Positions 19,509 through 30,655 of a stretch of 64,000 bases of DNA are shown here, one piece after another. The translations under genes and the position numbers were made by a program. The notes under the pieces are model-generated. The model was not told the DNA's origin. It ran no database searches and saw only the letters and a list, made by a program, of their open reading frames with translations. The first letter of the stretch is position 1, and every line of letters begins with the position of its first letter. Where the stretch lies: positions 320,001 to 384,000 of the forward strand of contig CAWJWJ010000002.1 of assembly GCA_963846575.1 (NCBI GenBank). Direction: 5' to 3'. Origin of the DNA: an uncultured Nitrospiraceae bacterium. GTDB lineage: Bacteria; Nitrospirota; Nitrospiria; Nitrospirales; Nitrospiraceae.

Positions 19509-20423
19509 TCATTGGTTTTCAAGAAATCGTTCGGCGTCGATGGCCGCCATGCAGCCGGAACCGGCGGCTGTCACGGCTTGCCGGTATTTCTTATCTTGTA
19601 CGTCGCCGGCGGCGAAAACGCCGGCGACGCTCGTTGCGGTCTCCTGGGAGGTGCGGATGTACCCCTGTTCATCCAGATCGAGTTGCCCGGCAACGAGGTC
19701 CGTATTGGGGCGGTGACCGATGGCGACGAAGACTCCGTCGCAGGACAGGTCGGTCGAAACCTGGGTGACGACGTTCTTGAGCCTCACACCGGTGACAACG
19801 TGGTCGCCCGTGATCTTTTCGACAATCGAATTCCAGGCGAAGGCAATCTTTTCGTTTTTCATGGCCCGGTCCTGCATGATTTTGGAAGCCCGCAGTTTGT
19901 CGCGTCGGTGGACGATGGTCACGGTGCGGGCGAACTTGGTCAGGAAGATGGCTTCTTCTGCCGCGCTGTCTCCGCCGCCGACGACCACCAGATCCTTGCC
20001 GCGGAAAAAATACCCGTCGCAGGTCGCGCAGGTCGAGACCCCATGTCCTGTGAGCCGTGCCTCATCCGGGAGGCCAAGGCGGACAGGCGTGGCTCCGGTA
20101 GCGATGATCAACGCGGCCGTCTCAATGACCTGTTCCCCATCGATGGTCACACGGAAGGGTCGGCTCTTGAGTTCGACCCCCGACACTTCGCCGGTCAGGA
20201 ATTCTGTGCCGAATCGTTCCGCCTGAGACCGCATTTCCTTCATCAATTCTGGGCCCATGATGCCTTTGGAAAAGCCCGGAAAGTTCTCGACCTCCGTGGT
20301 GGTCGTCAATTGTCCTCCGGACTGCCAGCCTTCAATGAGCATCGGGGACAGATTGGCCCGCGCGGCATAGAGGGCGGCGGTGAGCCCAGCCGGACCGGAA
20401 CCGATGATGACAAGATGCCGCAT
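19509..20423 (-). CDS. trxB: Thioredoxin-disulfide reductase
   Basis: GSGPAGLTAA, CATCDG, GGGDSAAEE, YRQAVTAAG. Confidence 0.96.
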   Translation of the reverse strand: MRHLVIIGSGPAGLTAALYAARANLSPMLIEGWQSGGQLTTTTEVENFPGFSKGIMGPELMKEMRSQAERFGTEFLTGEVSGVELKSRPFRVTIDGEQVIETAALIIATGATPVRLGLPDEARLTGHGVSTCATCDGYFFRGKDLVVVGGGDSAAEEAIFLTKFARTVTIVHRRDKLRASKIMQDRAMKNEKIAFAWNSIVEKITGDHVVTGVRLKNVVTQVSTDLSCDGVFVAIGHRPNTDLVAGQLDLDEQGYIRTSQETATSVAGVFAAGDVQDKKYRQAVTAAGSGCMAAIDAERFLENQ

Positions 20424-20467
20424 GACGGAATGCTAACACATGCAAGCGGCGAGGGAAAAGCGGTAGC

Positions 20468-21070
20468 CTAGGCCAGGGCGCGTAATTCGCGGTAGAGCCC
20501 CCGCACGTCACTCAACAATCCGGCGCGCGCGGCGGTGCCGTCGAGGACATAGTCCGCAGCGGACGTCTTTTGTCTGAGAGGCATTTGACTACGGATTCGC
20601 CGGAGTGCGTCCGCGGTCGTGAATCCGTTTCGTTTTCTGAGGCGGGCGATTTGGGTTTTTCGATCGGCCGTGACGACAATGACCTTGTCCACGCGCCGGT
20701 CGATTCCGGCCTCGAACAAGAGCGGAACGTCGTAAATGACGACGGCCTTGGGATCGGTGTGCGCGGCTTGTCGCGCGAGTCTGACTTGTTCCCGCGCCAC
20801 GCGCGGGTGAATGATCCGCTCGAGGCGGCGCAACTTCGAGGGCTCGCGAAAGACAATAGCGGCCAATGCGTGGCGATTCAGCGTCCGATCCGGGTTCAGC
20901 ACGCGCTTGCCGAAGGCGGCGACAATCTCACGCCAAGCCGGTCGGCCCGGCTCGACGACTGCATGGGCGAGGACATCTGCGTCGATGGTATAGGCTCCGC
21001 ATCGCCGAAACATGCCGGTCACGGTGCTTTTGCCGGTGGCTACGCCCCCGGTGAGGCCTACGAGGATCAT
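20468..21070 (-). CDS. coaE: Dephospho-CoA kinase
   Basis: GLTGGVATGKSTV, IDAD, IHPRV, VPLLFE, SQMP. Confidence 0.95.
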   Translation of the reverse strand: MILVGLTGGVATGKSTVTGMFRRCGAYTIDADVLAHAVVEPGRPAWREIVAAFGKRVLNPDRTLNRHALAAIVFREPSKLRRLERIIHPRVAREQVRLARQAAHTDPKAVVIYDVPLLFEAGIDRRVDKVIVVTADRKTQIARLRKRNGFTTADALRRIRSQMPLRQKTSAADYVLDGTAARAGLLSDVRGLYRELRALA

Positions 21071-21141
21071 GGTTGCGGAAGATAACACGCAGAACCGGTT
21101 CCAGCAACGCGGCCGATTGACATCTCGCCTTGCCCGGCGGT

Positions 21142-22170
21142 ATGACCATTCCTACCATGATGTGGATACTACAGGTCGTCCTTGTGTGCCTCATGCTTCT
21201 GCCTGCGGGCCTCCGGGCTGAGGAGGCGGTTCGGAACGAACCTCAGCAACTCATCGTCGCGATGGACGGGTCGGGTCAGTACCGTTCTATTCAAGAGGCC
21301 GTCGATGCCGCGAAAAAAGGCGATACTATTTTCATCAAGCCCGGCGCCTATCCCGAGGACGTAACCATCCACAGTAAGGAAAAAATCCGCCTGATCGGGG
21401 CAGGTATGGATCAGGTTACTCTTTTGGGACGTGAACGGGTGGGCGTGTTTCATGTCGGCAAATGGCCCTATGGAGCCACAGACATTGAGATTTCAGGATT
21501 CACGATCAATGAGCATGGCGGCCATGCCATGGGGATGTTCAACGGCCGGGGGATTCTGCTGCATCACGTGCGGGTGAAGGGGATGCTGTTCACCCAGCAG
21601 GTCGACGATGTCCGTATCGAAAACTGCATCATCGGCGGCAGTGAAACCACCGGGGTGCAATTTGCCAATTCTCAAGCGGTGCTGCGGGATAATCTCATCC
21701 ATGATAACGATCACGGCGTCAGCGTGGCCGGCAAATCGAACGTACGGCTTGAACGGAATGTCATTACCCGAAGCCTGTTCGAGGCGGTAGTCGTCAATGA
21801 TCAGTCGCGAGCGGTGCTGGTCGGTAATACCCTCGTGAAGAATGGCGGGGGAGCGGCCTTTCTCGGGACCTCCCAGAACGAGGCTTCCGGCAACATTGTC
21901 AGTCTCAACACCTACGGATTTGTGGTGGGTCCGTCCAGCCGGGTGGCCTTGTCCTACAATGCAATGCAAAATTCAGAATCCAACTATCTCCGTCCCGGCC
22001 CCCCTCGCCAGCCGGCTCCTGAACTCAAGCCCGACTCGGATTTGACGGTGGACCCACGGTTCGTTGACACCACACGAGACGATTTCCGGCTACGGGCTGA
22101 TACGACGCTGGTCAAAATCGGAGAATTTTCCTATCTCGGTGCCCTTCCTCCACTGACAGAGTCACACTAA
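21142..22170 (+). CDS. Secreted pectin-lyase-like right-handed beta-helix protein
   Basis: Signal peptide; DGSGQYRSIQEAVD, GAYPE; N/G/I-rich repeats; DPRFVD...DFRL; start uncertain. Confidence 0.8.
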   Translation: MTIPTMMWILQVVLVCLMLLPAGLRAEEAVRNEPQQLIVAMDGSGQYRSIQEAVDAAKKGDTIFIKPGAYPEDVTIHSKEKIRLIGAGMDQVTLLGRERVGVFHVGKWPYGATDIEISGFTINEHGGHAMGMFNGRGILLHHVRVKGMLFTQQVDDVRIENCIIGGSETTGVQFANSQAVLRDNLIHDNDHGVSVAGKSNVRLERNVITRSLFEAVVVNDQSRAVLVGNTLVKNGGGAAFLGTSQNEASGNIVSLNTYGFVVGPSSRVALSYNAMQNSESNYLRPGPPRQPAPELKPDSDLTVDPRFVDTTRDDFRLRADTTLVKIGEFSYLGALPPLTESH

Positions 22171-22230
22171 ACTCCGCAAATCCGGCGGTATAGCACTACA
22201 ATTTGTGAGATGAGGCGGCTTCCCCAGCCG

Positions 22231-22246
22231 TGGCATTTCGTGTGCT
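22231..22246 (+). promoter_or_regulatory. Sigma54 -24/-12 promoter
   Basis: TGGCATTTCGTGTGCT = GG-N10-GC upstream of a small ORF. Confidence 0.55.
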
Positions 22247-22335
22247 ATGCTTGAGTGTGCGCAGTGCAGTGACGATGCTCCGGTGTGGCTCAAGAATTGC
22301 TGTACCACGACCGACAAGGAAATGGGAGGTACCAG

Positions 22336-22521
22336 ATGGCCAGCTTTCGATTTGATCTTGAACGGCGCAACACCGACGGGATTCCCAACTTGGCGGAGTT
22401 GGAATCCGGCAAGATCCTGGGGGCGGTCCTGCCGATGTCAGAAGAGGCGCAACTCCAATTGCGAGATAGTATCGAGGTGATCGATTACCTCATGAACCAG
22501 GAAACGGTCGTCTGGAGTTAG
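22336..22521 (+). CDS. Small hypothetical protein (61 aa)
   Basis: GGAGGT RBS, MASFRFDLERRN...; fills an intergenic gap. Confidence 0.65.
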   Translation: MASFRFDLERRNTDGIPNLAELESGKILGAVLPMSEEAQLQLRDSIEVIDYLMNQETVVWS

Positions 22522-22798
22522 AAGACTCGTTTCCCGGCCGAGATCCGTCGTTGTCCGTCCCTCGGTCCAATCCCTATCCGTGACCGCTCATCCCTTCCCT
22601 CTACTGGTTGTGTCACCGAGCCTTATGATGGAGCCGCCCATCGCGACTCCCTGCGCTCTCGTCCGGACGGGACCCGCTCGAATAGCCTTCACTCTCCACT
22701 GTTGAATCCTGGTTGAATCTTTTAGGAGGCAAGCGCATGCTGGCCCCTGTTTGCGCCAACCCTGCCACATAAGACGTAAACGGTGCGGGAGATCGACA

Positions 22799-25465
22799 TT
22801 GCCGGAAGGACAATCCGCAGATTCGGAGTCGGCTGAGCAGCGTCGTCTTGATGAGGACGACCTGCGCCGGCGACATTGGAAACGCTGGGGACCCTATGTG
22901 AGTGAGCGTGCGTGGGGGACGGTGCGGGAAGATTACAGTCCTTACGGGACGGCCTGGGAAGCGGTGCCGCACGACCACGCCCGGTCGAAGGCGTATCGCT
23001 GGAATGAGGATGGCCTGGCCGGAATCTGCGATCGACACCAGTTCATTTGTCTCGCGCTGGCCCTCTGGAACGGACGCGATCCAATTCTTAAGGAACGGCT
23101 GTTCGGGCTGACAGGCCATGAGGGGAATCACGGGGAAGATCCCAAAGAATATTACTTCTACCTCGACTCGACGCCGACACATTCCTACATGAAGTTTCTG
23201 TACAAGTATCCTCAGGCGGCCTTCCCCTACACGCGATTAGTCGAAGAAAACCGGCGCCGAAACCGGAGCGAGCCGGAGTTCGAATTGATCGATACCGGCA
23301 TTTTCGACGACAACCGGTATTTCGACGTGTTTGTGGAATATGCGAAGGCCGCGCCCGAGGACATGCTCCTGCGCATTCAAGTCATCAACCGGGGGCCGGA
23401 AACGGCTGAATTGACGCTGCTGCCGACGCTCTGGTTTCGAAATACCTGGTCTTGGGGTCTGGATGTCCGTCGCCCGCGGCTGCGCCCCGTCGATGCGGTG
23501 GCGGGTGTCAGCGCGATTGAGTTTGAACACGACTATTACGGTCGCCGTCGCCTCTTGTGCGAGGGGGAACCGGACCTGTTATTCACGGAGAACGAAACCA
23601 ATACGCGTCGTCTCTATGGCGATGCCGATGGAGTCCGCTATGCGAAGGACGGTATCAATGACTATATCGTGCAGGGTGATAAGTCGGCCGTGAATCCCGG
23701 CCGCATCGGATCAAAAGCGGCGGCGCATTATGTCCGATCCACCCTGCCCGGGCAGACCGTGACCATTCGGTTGCGCTTCACCAACGGGCCGATCGAAGGG
23801 GGCCTGGATCCGGAGGCGTTCGATCAGGTGTTTGCGGAACGCATTGCGGAAGCCGACGAGTTTTACGCGGGGCTTGCGCCGGCTGATGTGTCGGACGATG
23901 CGCGCATGGTGCAGCGGCAGGCTTTCGCCGGCCTGCTCTGGAGCAAGCAGTTCTATCACTACGATGTGGATCGCTGGCTCAAGGGCGATCCGGCAGGTCC
24001 CGAGCCTCCGCAGGATCGACTCCGCGGTAGAAATAGCGAGTGGACGCATCTCTTCAACGCAGACGTTATTTCCATGCCGGATAAATGGGAGTACCCCTGG
24101 TATGCGGCCTGGGATCTGGCCTTTCACTGTCTCCCGATCGCGCTCGTCGATTCCCGTTTCGCCAAGGACCAGCTCGTCCTCATGTTGCGCGAATGGTACA
24201 TGCATCCCAACGGGCAGATACCCGCCTATGAATGGGCGTTGGGAGATGTCAATCCGCCCGTGCATGCCTGGGCGGCCTGGCGCGTCTACAAGATCGAGAA
24301 GAAGCGAAAAGGGGTGGGAGACCGCCTCTTCCTTGCACGCGTCTTCCACAAGCTGCTGCTGAATTTTACATGGTGGGTGAATCGTAAGGACGCCAATGGA
24401 AATAATATCTTTCAAGGCGGCTTTCTGGGGCTGGACAATATCGGCGTCTTCGATCGAAGCAAACCCTTGCCGACCGGCGGTCATATCGAGCAGTCCGACG
24501 CGACGAGTTGGATGGGGATGTATTGTCTGAATATGTTGTCCATCGCGCTGGAGTTGGCCAGGGACGATCGCGCCTACGAAGATGTCGCCAGCAAATTCTT
24601 CGAGCATTTCGTTTACATCTGCCGGGCGATCAACAATCTCGGCAACGAGAAGATCGAGCTGTGGAACAAGGAAGACGGGTTTTACTACGATGTCCTGCAT
24701 TTGCCCGACGGAAAGACATTTCCCATGAAGCTCCGATCGATGGTCGGGCTGATTCCGCTGTTTGCCGTCGAAACATTGGACTCGGAACTGATCGATCAGC
24801 TGCCGCGTTTCAAGCATCGCATGCAATGGTTCATCGAGAACCGACCCGACTTCAGCCTCCACATCGAAACCGAATCACACGATGGTGAGGTGAGCCGCTT
24901 CCTGTCGCTCGTGAATCGGACTCGATTGACCAAGGTGCTGCGGTGCATGCTGGACGAACAGGAATTCCTGTCGCCGTACGGCGTGAGAGCGTTGTCTCGC
25001 TACCACAAGGATCACCCGTACGTCTTCTCCTCGATGGGCCGAGACTATCGCGTCGAATATCAGCCGGCGGAGTCCAGCACCGGCCTCTTCGGGGGCAACT
25101 CCAATTGGCGTGGGCCGGTGTGGTTTCCAGTCAATTATCTGCTGATCGAATCCTTGCAAAAGTTTCACTATTTCTTGGGAGATAGCTTTACCGTAGAGTA
25201 CCCGACGGGGTCCGGGAAGAAACTCAATCTGGCAGAAGTGGCGGCTGAACTCTCCCGCCGGCTGACGCGTACGTTCCTGCGCGGTCCGGATGGACGGCGC
25301 CCTGTCTATGGAGGAACTGAAAAGTTTCAGCAGGATCCGCATTGGCGTGATCTCATCCTGTTCTACGAGTATTTCCATGGGGACAACGGCGCGGGGATCG
25401 GGGCGGGCCACCAGACGGGCTGGACCGGGCTCGTGGCCAAATTGATTCAACAGTCGGGAGACTAG
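22799..25465 (+). CDS. MGH1-like / GH63-related glucosidase
   Basis: [54 protein letters not shown]; start (TTG 22799) uncertain. Confidence 0.88.
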   Translation: MPEGQSADSESAEQRRLDEDDLRRRHWKRWGPYVSERAWGTVREDYSPYGTAWEAVPHDHARSKAYRWNEDGLAGICDRHQFICLALALWNGRDPILKERLFGLTGHEGNHGEDPKEYYFYLDSTPTHSYMKFLYKYPQAAFPYTRLVEENRRRNRSEPEFELIDTGIFDDNRYFDVFVEYAKAAPEDMLLRIQVINRGPETAELTLLPTLWFRNTWSWGLDVRRPRLRPVDAVAGVSAIEFEHDYYGRRRLLCEGEPDLLFTENETNTRRLYGDADGVRYAKDGINDYIVQGDKSAVNPGRIGSKAAAHYVRSTLPGQTVTIRLRFTNGPIEGGLDPEAFDQVFAERIAEADEFYAGLAPADVSDDARMVQRQAFAGLLWSKQFYHYDVDRWLKGDPAGPEPPQDRLRGRNSEWTHLFNADVISMPDKWEYPWYAAWDLAFHCLPIALVDSRFAKDQLVLMLREWYMHPNGQIPAYEWALGDVNPPVHAWAAWRVYKIEKKRKGVGDRLFLARVFHKLLLNFTWWVNRKDANGNNIFQGGFLGLDNIGVFDRSKPLPTGGHIEQSDATSWMGMYCLNMLSIALELARDDRAYEDVASKFFEHFVYICRAINNLGNEKIELWNKEDGFYYDVLHLPDGKTFPMKLRSMVGLIPLFAVETLDSELIDQLPRFKHRMQWFIENRPDFSLHIETESHDGEVSRFLSLVNRTRLTKVLRCMLDEQEFLSPYGVRALSRYHKDHPYVFSSMGRDYRVEYQPAESSTGLFGGNSNWRGPVWFPVNYLLIESLQKFHYFLGDSFTVEYPTGSGKKLNLAEVAAELSRRLTRTFLRGPDGRRPVYGGTEKFQQDPHWRDLILFYEYFHGDNGAGIGAGHQTGWTGLVAKLIQQSGD

Positions 25466-25468
25466 GCA

Positions 25469-27454
25469 TTGACGGTCGATCGGCTGGCCTGCCAGGACCT
25501 CAGTCGAGCGCTCGGCCTGGAATGGCTGGAGACGAATGGGCGGGGCGGTTACGCGTCGGGGACCATTGCCGGGGCGAATACACGCCGCTATCACGCATTG
25601 CTGCTGGTCGCCAGGCGCCCACCGGTCGATCGCGTCGTGTTGGTCAACCATCTCGAGGAATGGGTCGAGGCGGCCGGTCACTCCTTCCCGCTCTCGACGA
25701 ACCTGTACCGCGGGGCGGTGCATCCCGAAGGCTACAAGTACTGTGAAGGATTTTCTCCCGACCCCTGGCCCACCTGGCGATATCGGTCCCGGGACATTCT
25801 CCTCGAGCGGGAAGTGTTGTGTCCGCATGACCGCGACATGGTGGTCGTACGGTGGCGACTGCTCGATCGGGCGGTTTCGGGCGCGGTTCTACGAGTCAGA
25901 CCGATGCTCTCGGGCCGCGAATACCATGCCACACATCACGAGAACCCTGCCGTCCACGGTCAGGCCTCAACCGATGCGGGCCAGGTGACCTGGCAGCCGT
26001 ACGAGGGCATGCCTGCGGTACATGCGTTCCACAACGCACAGTACCGACATGGGCCGGAGTGGTACCGCGAGGTGGACTATCCGATTGAGCGAGGGCGCGG
26101 GCTGGATCAGGCCGAGGACTGGTGGTCACCTGGCGAATGGGTGTTTCTCCTGACTCCAGGAGGCGCGGCGGAGCTTGTGTTTACGACTGAGAGTCTGCAG
26201 TCCATCGATGTGCTGCGGATTATGGCTCAGGAGCGTCGGCGTCGCGAGGCGCTGCGGGCAGTGGTGCCGACCGACGATCCCTTGACGCGCAGGCTCTGGA
26301 CTGCGAGCGCGGCGTACCTGGCACGGCGAGGAGCGCAGCAGACTGTAATCGCCGGATATCCCTGGTTCACCGACTGGGGCCGCGATACGTTTATCGCCTT
26401 ACCGGGACTCTGCCTGGTGACAGGCCGTTACGATGTGGCCCGACAGGTCATCGAGGCCTTCGCCTCACAGGTCTCGCAGGGCATGGTGCCAAACCGATTT
26501 CCCGAGGCCGGCGAGCAGCCTGAGTACAATACGATCGATGCGTCGCTCTGGTTCGTCCACGCTGTGGGGCGCTACCTTCACTACAGCGGAGACCTTGCCG
26601 GGATACGCCGGATAGCCTGGCCGGCGGTCAAAGAGATCCTGGAACGGTATCGGCGCGGCACGAGGTTCGGAATTCGTATGGACCATGACGGATTGATCAT
26701 GAGCGGATCGGACGGCGCGCAGCTCACGTGGATGGATGCCCGGATCGGAGACGAGGTGGTGACGCCCCGTCAGGGCAAGCCGGTAGAGATTCAGGCGCTT
26801 TGGGTGAGGGGACTGGCGGTCGCAGCGGACCTGGCCACACAGTTCGTCGAGCCGGATTATGCGGCGCAATGCGCGGTGGATCGTGGCCGTGCCATCGCCT
26901 CATTTCGTGCCCGGTTCTGGTACGAGACTGGGGGATATCTGTTCGATCTGGTGGACGGAAGAAGCGGCGACGATGCCTCGCTCCGTCCAAATCAAATCTT
27001 TGCATTGGCCCTGGATGGCGACTTGGTTCCCGAACCGCGCGCGCGACTGATACTTCAGCTCATCAAGGAGCGGTTGCTCACACCAGTCGGGTTGCGCACC
27101 CTGGCGCCGGAGGATATCCGGTTCCGTGCCTCCTATCGTGGAGGGATGGCCGAGCGGGATGCCGCCTATCATCAAGGCACCGTCTGGCCTTTCCTCCTCG
27201 GTCCGTTCGTGACGGCTTGGGTCAAGACGTATGGCGGCAGTTCCTCCGTCCGCGGCGAAGCGCGAACCTTTCTCGACGGATTGCTTCCCCATCTGGAGGA
27301 GAGTTGCCTCGGGCAGATCTCGGAGATCTTCGACGGGCACAAGCCGCACTACTCCCGGGGTTGTTTCGCGCAAGCCTGGTCAGTAGCCGAACCATTACGG
27401 GCCTTGATTGAAGATATTGGAGTGGATCGAGACAAGCGGTCCACCGGTCGCTGA
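25469..27454 (+). CDS. Amylo-alpha-1,6-glucosidase (glycogen debranching enzyme-like)
   Basis: EWLETNGRGGYAS, AGYPWFTDWGRDT, LTWMDA, YHQGTVWP, AQAWSVAE. Confidence 0.9.
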   Translation: MTVDRLACQDLSRALGLEWLETNGRGGYASGTIAGANTRRYHALLLVARRPPVDRVVLVNHLEEWVEAAGHSFPLSTNLYRGAVHPEGYKYCEGFSPDPWPTWRYRSRDILLEREVLCPHDRDMVVVRWRLLDRAVSGAVLRVRPMLSGREYHATHHENPAVHGQASTDAGQVTWQPYEGMPAVHAFHNAQYRHGPEWYREVDYPIERGRGLDQAEDWWSPGEWVFLLTPGGAAELVFTTESLQSIDVLRIMAQERRRREALRAVVPTDDPLTRRLWTASAAYLARRGAQQTVIAGYPWFTDWGRDTFIALPGLCLVTGRYDVARQVIEAFASQVSQGMVPNRFPEAGEQPEYNTIDASLWFVHAVGRYLHYSGDLAGIRRIAWPAVKEILERYRRGTRFGIRMDHDGLIMSGSDGAQLTWMDARIGDEVVTPRQGKPVEIQALWVRGLAVAADLATQFVEPDYAAQCAVDRGRAIASFRARFWYETGGYLFDLVDGRSGDDASLRPNQIFALALDGDLVPEPRARLILQLIKERLLTPVGLRTLAPEDIRFRASYRGGMAERDAAYHQGTVWPFLLGPFVTAWVKTYGGSSSVRGEARTFLDGLLPHLEESCLGQISEIFDGHKPHYSRGCFAQAWSVAEPLRALIEDIGVDRDKRSTGR

Positions 27455-27609
27455 GTTAGGCCTGTTGGTCCGTATCATGGTGGGCCACTTCTCCCGCCAC
27501 GTATTTTCAGCGATCTACTCCCAATCTTTCGTCGTTGTGCCGGGCAAAAATGTTGACAGCGGGAGAAACGATCCGGTAAGGATAGGATAGGCCATTCGAC
27601 ACTTTGTGT

Positions 27610-28098
27610 ATGAAAACGTCCGCACTCATAGTCTTGACTCTGCTTCTGGCTGGCTGCCAGTTGTTTCAGCCCTCTGACCGTTCGGCTGCCTCATCACCGG
27701 TTCCCGTCATGTCCATGTGGGAATTGTATCGGCATTGCCAATCGAGCGGCGATGTCGAAACTGTGCTATCTGCCGCGAGGCAACTCCAACAATCGGCCGA
27801 TACCCATGTGGTTTCCGCTTCAGAAGTTCCCAAGAGCCTTGATCGATTCGTAACGAAGCAACCGGTGCGCACCACCGTCGATCCCAAGGCTCTGGCGGCA
27901 TCCTGTACTCTGCAGGCCGCCAGGACGAGCTTGAGCGCAGGACGGGAAAAAGAAGCCGAGCAGCTCCTCCACGCGGTAGTGTCGAGTTATCCCGAAAGTG
28001 ACTACACATTTTATGTCGCGAAGGCGAAGGTCTGGATCGAAGAGCTGCATCGACCCGGCACGATTGATAGGGTGATCCATCCCATTTCCATCAACTGA
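27610..28098 (+). CDS. Hypothetical lipoprotein
   Basis: Lipobox LAGC; helical TPR-like C-terminal half. Confidence 0.75.
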   Translation: MKTSALIVLTLLLAGCQLFQPSDRSAASSPVPVMSMWELYRHCQSSGDVETVLSAARQLQQSADTHVVSASEVPKSLDRFVTKQPVRTTVDPKALAASCTLQAARTSLSAGREKEAEQLLHAVVSSYPESDYTFYVAKAKVWIEELHRPGTIDRVIHPISIN

Positions 28099-28409
28099 CC
28101 GACCGTTGCCCTCCGGCTCTTGAATCTATCGCAGTACATTTCTGAACCCCCGCTCAGAATACCCCGCGACTGCTTCTCTATCGTTTAGTACAGGCCTTTG
28201 GGGCCAGCCTCTAATTAGCCTCTCCCGTCCACTGTGAATCGCCGGCTTTTGTGAAGGAGGCGATGTTTTCAGCGTGCCTCCGGCTCCTCGCCAGCCGACC
28301 CGTCGGAATCCAGTATTGACAGATCAGTGCTCTCCCCGTAGGCTCGCGCGTCACGGAGGCGGCCGGACGCCGTATACAATGCTGTCAGACAGGATAAGGG
28401 AGGTCTTTG

Positions 28410-28961
28410 ATGGTGAGGGCAATGGCGGGTTTTGGATGGAAGATGGGATATGTCGGTGTTGTGACGGGGACCCTGTTACTGGTCGGTGGAGCGCCGGGTG
28501 CAGCCAAGGCGGCTGAGGATCTGCCGAAAGAATCACTGTTGCCCGTGGCATTGGCGGGAAAGGCCGTGCAAGCTGCGCTTGAGGTCTGCAAGAAGGATGG
28601 TTATCGGGTGAGCGCCTCGGTCGTGGATCGCGCAGGCATTTTGCGAGCCATGATGCGTGCGGATGGCGCCGGTCCGCACACGGTCGATAGCAGCCGAAAG
28701 AAGGCCTATACCGCTGCCAGCCTGCGACGCCCGACAACGGAGCTGGCTGAGATGATTGCCAAACAGCCGGCCCTGCAGGCTCTGCGGGATATGAATGACA
28801 GCATTCTCATGGTCGGTGGCGGCCTGCCGATTGAAATTGCCGGTGAAGTGGTGGGGGCAATCGGAGTCGGGGGCGCGCCTGGAGCCCATCTGGACGATGC
28901 CTGCGCCGAGGCCGGTCTCGACGCGATCGGAGCGGCTCCCAAGGTACCCGCCGCCAAATGA
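28410..28961 (+). CDS. Exported GlcG/HbpS-family heme-binding protein
   Basis: VSASVVDRAG, RADGAG, KKAYTAAS, GGLPI, GAIGVGG, DDACA; signal peptide; start within a few codons. Confidence 0.88.
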   Translation: MVRAMAGFGWKMGYVGVVTGTLLLVGGAPGAAKAAEDLPKESLLPVALAGKAVQAALEVCKKDGYRVSASVVDRAGILRAMMRADGAGPHTVDSSRKKAYTAASLRRPTTELAEMIAKQPALQALRDMNDSILMVGGGLPIEIAGEVVGAIGVGGAPGAHLDDACAEAGLDAIGAAPKVPAAK

Positions 28962-29416
28962 CAGGGCTGCGAGGACCAGGCTGGAGTGTGGTCTGTCTGG
29001 TCCTCCTGCTCGCGGCTTGTAACAGTGATCGTCCCGAGCCTGCCGAAGTCAGGATTCCAGCTGCCGATGCCCGCATCCGACTCATTCGTACCGCCACCCA
29101 TCCGTTTCTTGCCCGCTATCGATTGACATTGGAAATTGACGGTCCGCGGGGGTGCAGAGGCACGGCCGAGCTGTTTCCGGATACCGGCTACGTGGGACGC
29201 CGGAACCTTTATCAGCAGGCGTCTGGCGCGATCATAGTGTTAGGCCAGTACGACGCCCGTGTGATCGAACCGGACCGCTGTGGTATTCGGCTGGTGGAAT
29301 TTCAATCACTGAGTGGCCCGACCACGTTCCTGGGTTCGTTTGACGTGGATGCGCAGAAGCGGTGGCGGTATGTCCCCTCGACGGAGAGGGCTGAGCGCTC
29401 GTTTGAAAAACGCTGA
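28958..29416 (+). CDS. Hypothetical lipoprotein
   Basis: Lipobox LAAC; ATGA overlap with the HbpS-like gene. Confidence 0.75.
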   Translation: MTGLRGPGWSVVCLVLLLAACNSDRPEPAEVRIPAADARIRLIRTATHPFLARYRLTLEIDGPRGCRGTAELFPDTGYVGRRNLYQQASGAIIVLGQYDARVIEPDRCGIRLVEFQSLSGPTTFLGSFDVDAQKRWRYVPSTERAERSFEKR

Positions 29417-29607
29417 TTCATCCACTGTAGAAAAGACTGGATCTCTATCGACTCCTGGTTTGGAGAGACAGGCAACGATCACGAGCCCCGATCGCTATGG
29501 TCACAGTCATGTTCGATGACGGAAGCGGCCCGCGGCGACGCCGCTGGGCCTCAGATTCTGGGTATTCAGTCTTGGAGCGGGAAATGATCCGGCGGTTCGT
29601 TTCTGAT

Positions 29608-30507
29608 CTACCGATTCGATCGGTTTTTGAAGGTCAGTTCGGCCACTGCAGACTTGTCCAGTTCCCCCTTTTCAAGCTCGATCAACCGGCGATATTGTTT
29701 GTACGTAGCTTGGGCTAGAGGCAGATCCAGGTCAACTTGTCGAGCCAGCGCCAAGGCGATTCCGGAGTCTTTGGCCGCATGGGCAGCCGAGAAGAAACAT
29801 TCGTGAGCCCGATGCTGCATGTCTTCCCCGTCGGTCTCGAGTACGCGAGAATTGGCACCTGTCTGAGAGAACACTTCCCGGAGCATGCGAAGGTCCAACC
29901 CGAGGGCCGATCCCAGTCCCAGGCCCTCCGCCAGTGCAGCCGTATTCGCGTTCATCACCATGTTGACGAGAGCCTTAACTTTGGCGGCTTCGCCGGCCGG
30001 TCCGATATAACGAAGGTGGGCGCTGAGGTCTTGGAGCATCGGTCGCGCCCGTTCGAACGCATCAGGGCGACCACCGCACATTAAATACAGAGTTCCTTCG
30101 CGCGCTTGCGTGATGCTGCTCGCCATGCAGGCTTCGAGACTCTGTCCTCCCTCCTGCTCTACCAGGGCTTCAATCTCCCGTTGGGTGTCAGGTGAGAGTG
30201 TGGCGCAATTGATGAACAGGCGATTGGTAGCCTGTCGCAACAAACTGTCAGGCCCTCCGGCGGAGAAGATCGAACGCATCGCGCCATCATCCGACACGAC
30301 AGTCAGCACGGTGTTTGCCAGTCCTGCAAGGTGCGCTGGTGTAAGGGCCGATTGGCACTCCAGTTCCTTGGCCAGATTTTCAGCTCGTTGCGCGTCGACA
30401 TCATATACGGCCGCAATGGGGTACTGGAGCTCGCGCAGTCTCCTGGCCATATTGGCCCCCATACGCCCCACTCCTACGATTCCGATACGATAGCCGGATT
30501 TTGTCAT
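29608..30507 (-). CDS. NAD(P)-dependent beta-hydroxyacid dehydrogenase family protein
   Basis: GIVGVGRMGANMA, AAKVKALVN, AAKDSGIA; GGAGG RBS. Confidence 0.88.
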   Translation of the reverse strand: MTKSGYRIGIVGVGRMGANMARRLRELQYPIAAVYDVDAQRAENLAKELECQSALTPAHLAGLANTVLTVVSDDGAMRSIFSAGGPDSLLRQATNRLFINCATLSPDTQREIEALVEQEGGQSLEACMASSITQAREGTLYLMCGGRPDAFERARPMLQDLSAHLRYIGPAGEAAKVKALVNMVMNANTAALAEGLGLGSALGLDLRMLREVFSQTGANSRVLETDGEDMQHRAHECFFSAAHAAKDSGIALALARQVDLDLPLAQATYKQYRRLIELEKGELDKSAVAELTFKNRSNR

Positions 30508-30655
30508 CCGCGACCTCCCGGTAAACATGCTACCCTGCGGCTGGACGCGCAGTGTAGCACAGTCCGTTTCAGGGCCGGAATCTGACGGGCAGTCCTTCCT
30601 GCAGCATGCCGTGCAGCATGGCGCTGGATCGTCTGTCCGGCATGACGCCGGAATA

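Noticed and set aside
19488..20471. 327-aa plus-strand ORF and similar long shadow ORFs (e.g. 23711-24862, 59267-60478)
   Set aside because: Antisense to well-supported genes; expected in GC-rich DNA; no recognisable motifs
28254..28319. 18-aa leader peptide MFSACLRLLASRPVGIQY
   Set aside because: AAGGAGG is only 2 nt from the ATG; no other support
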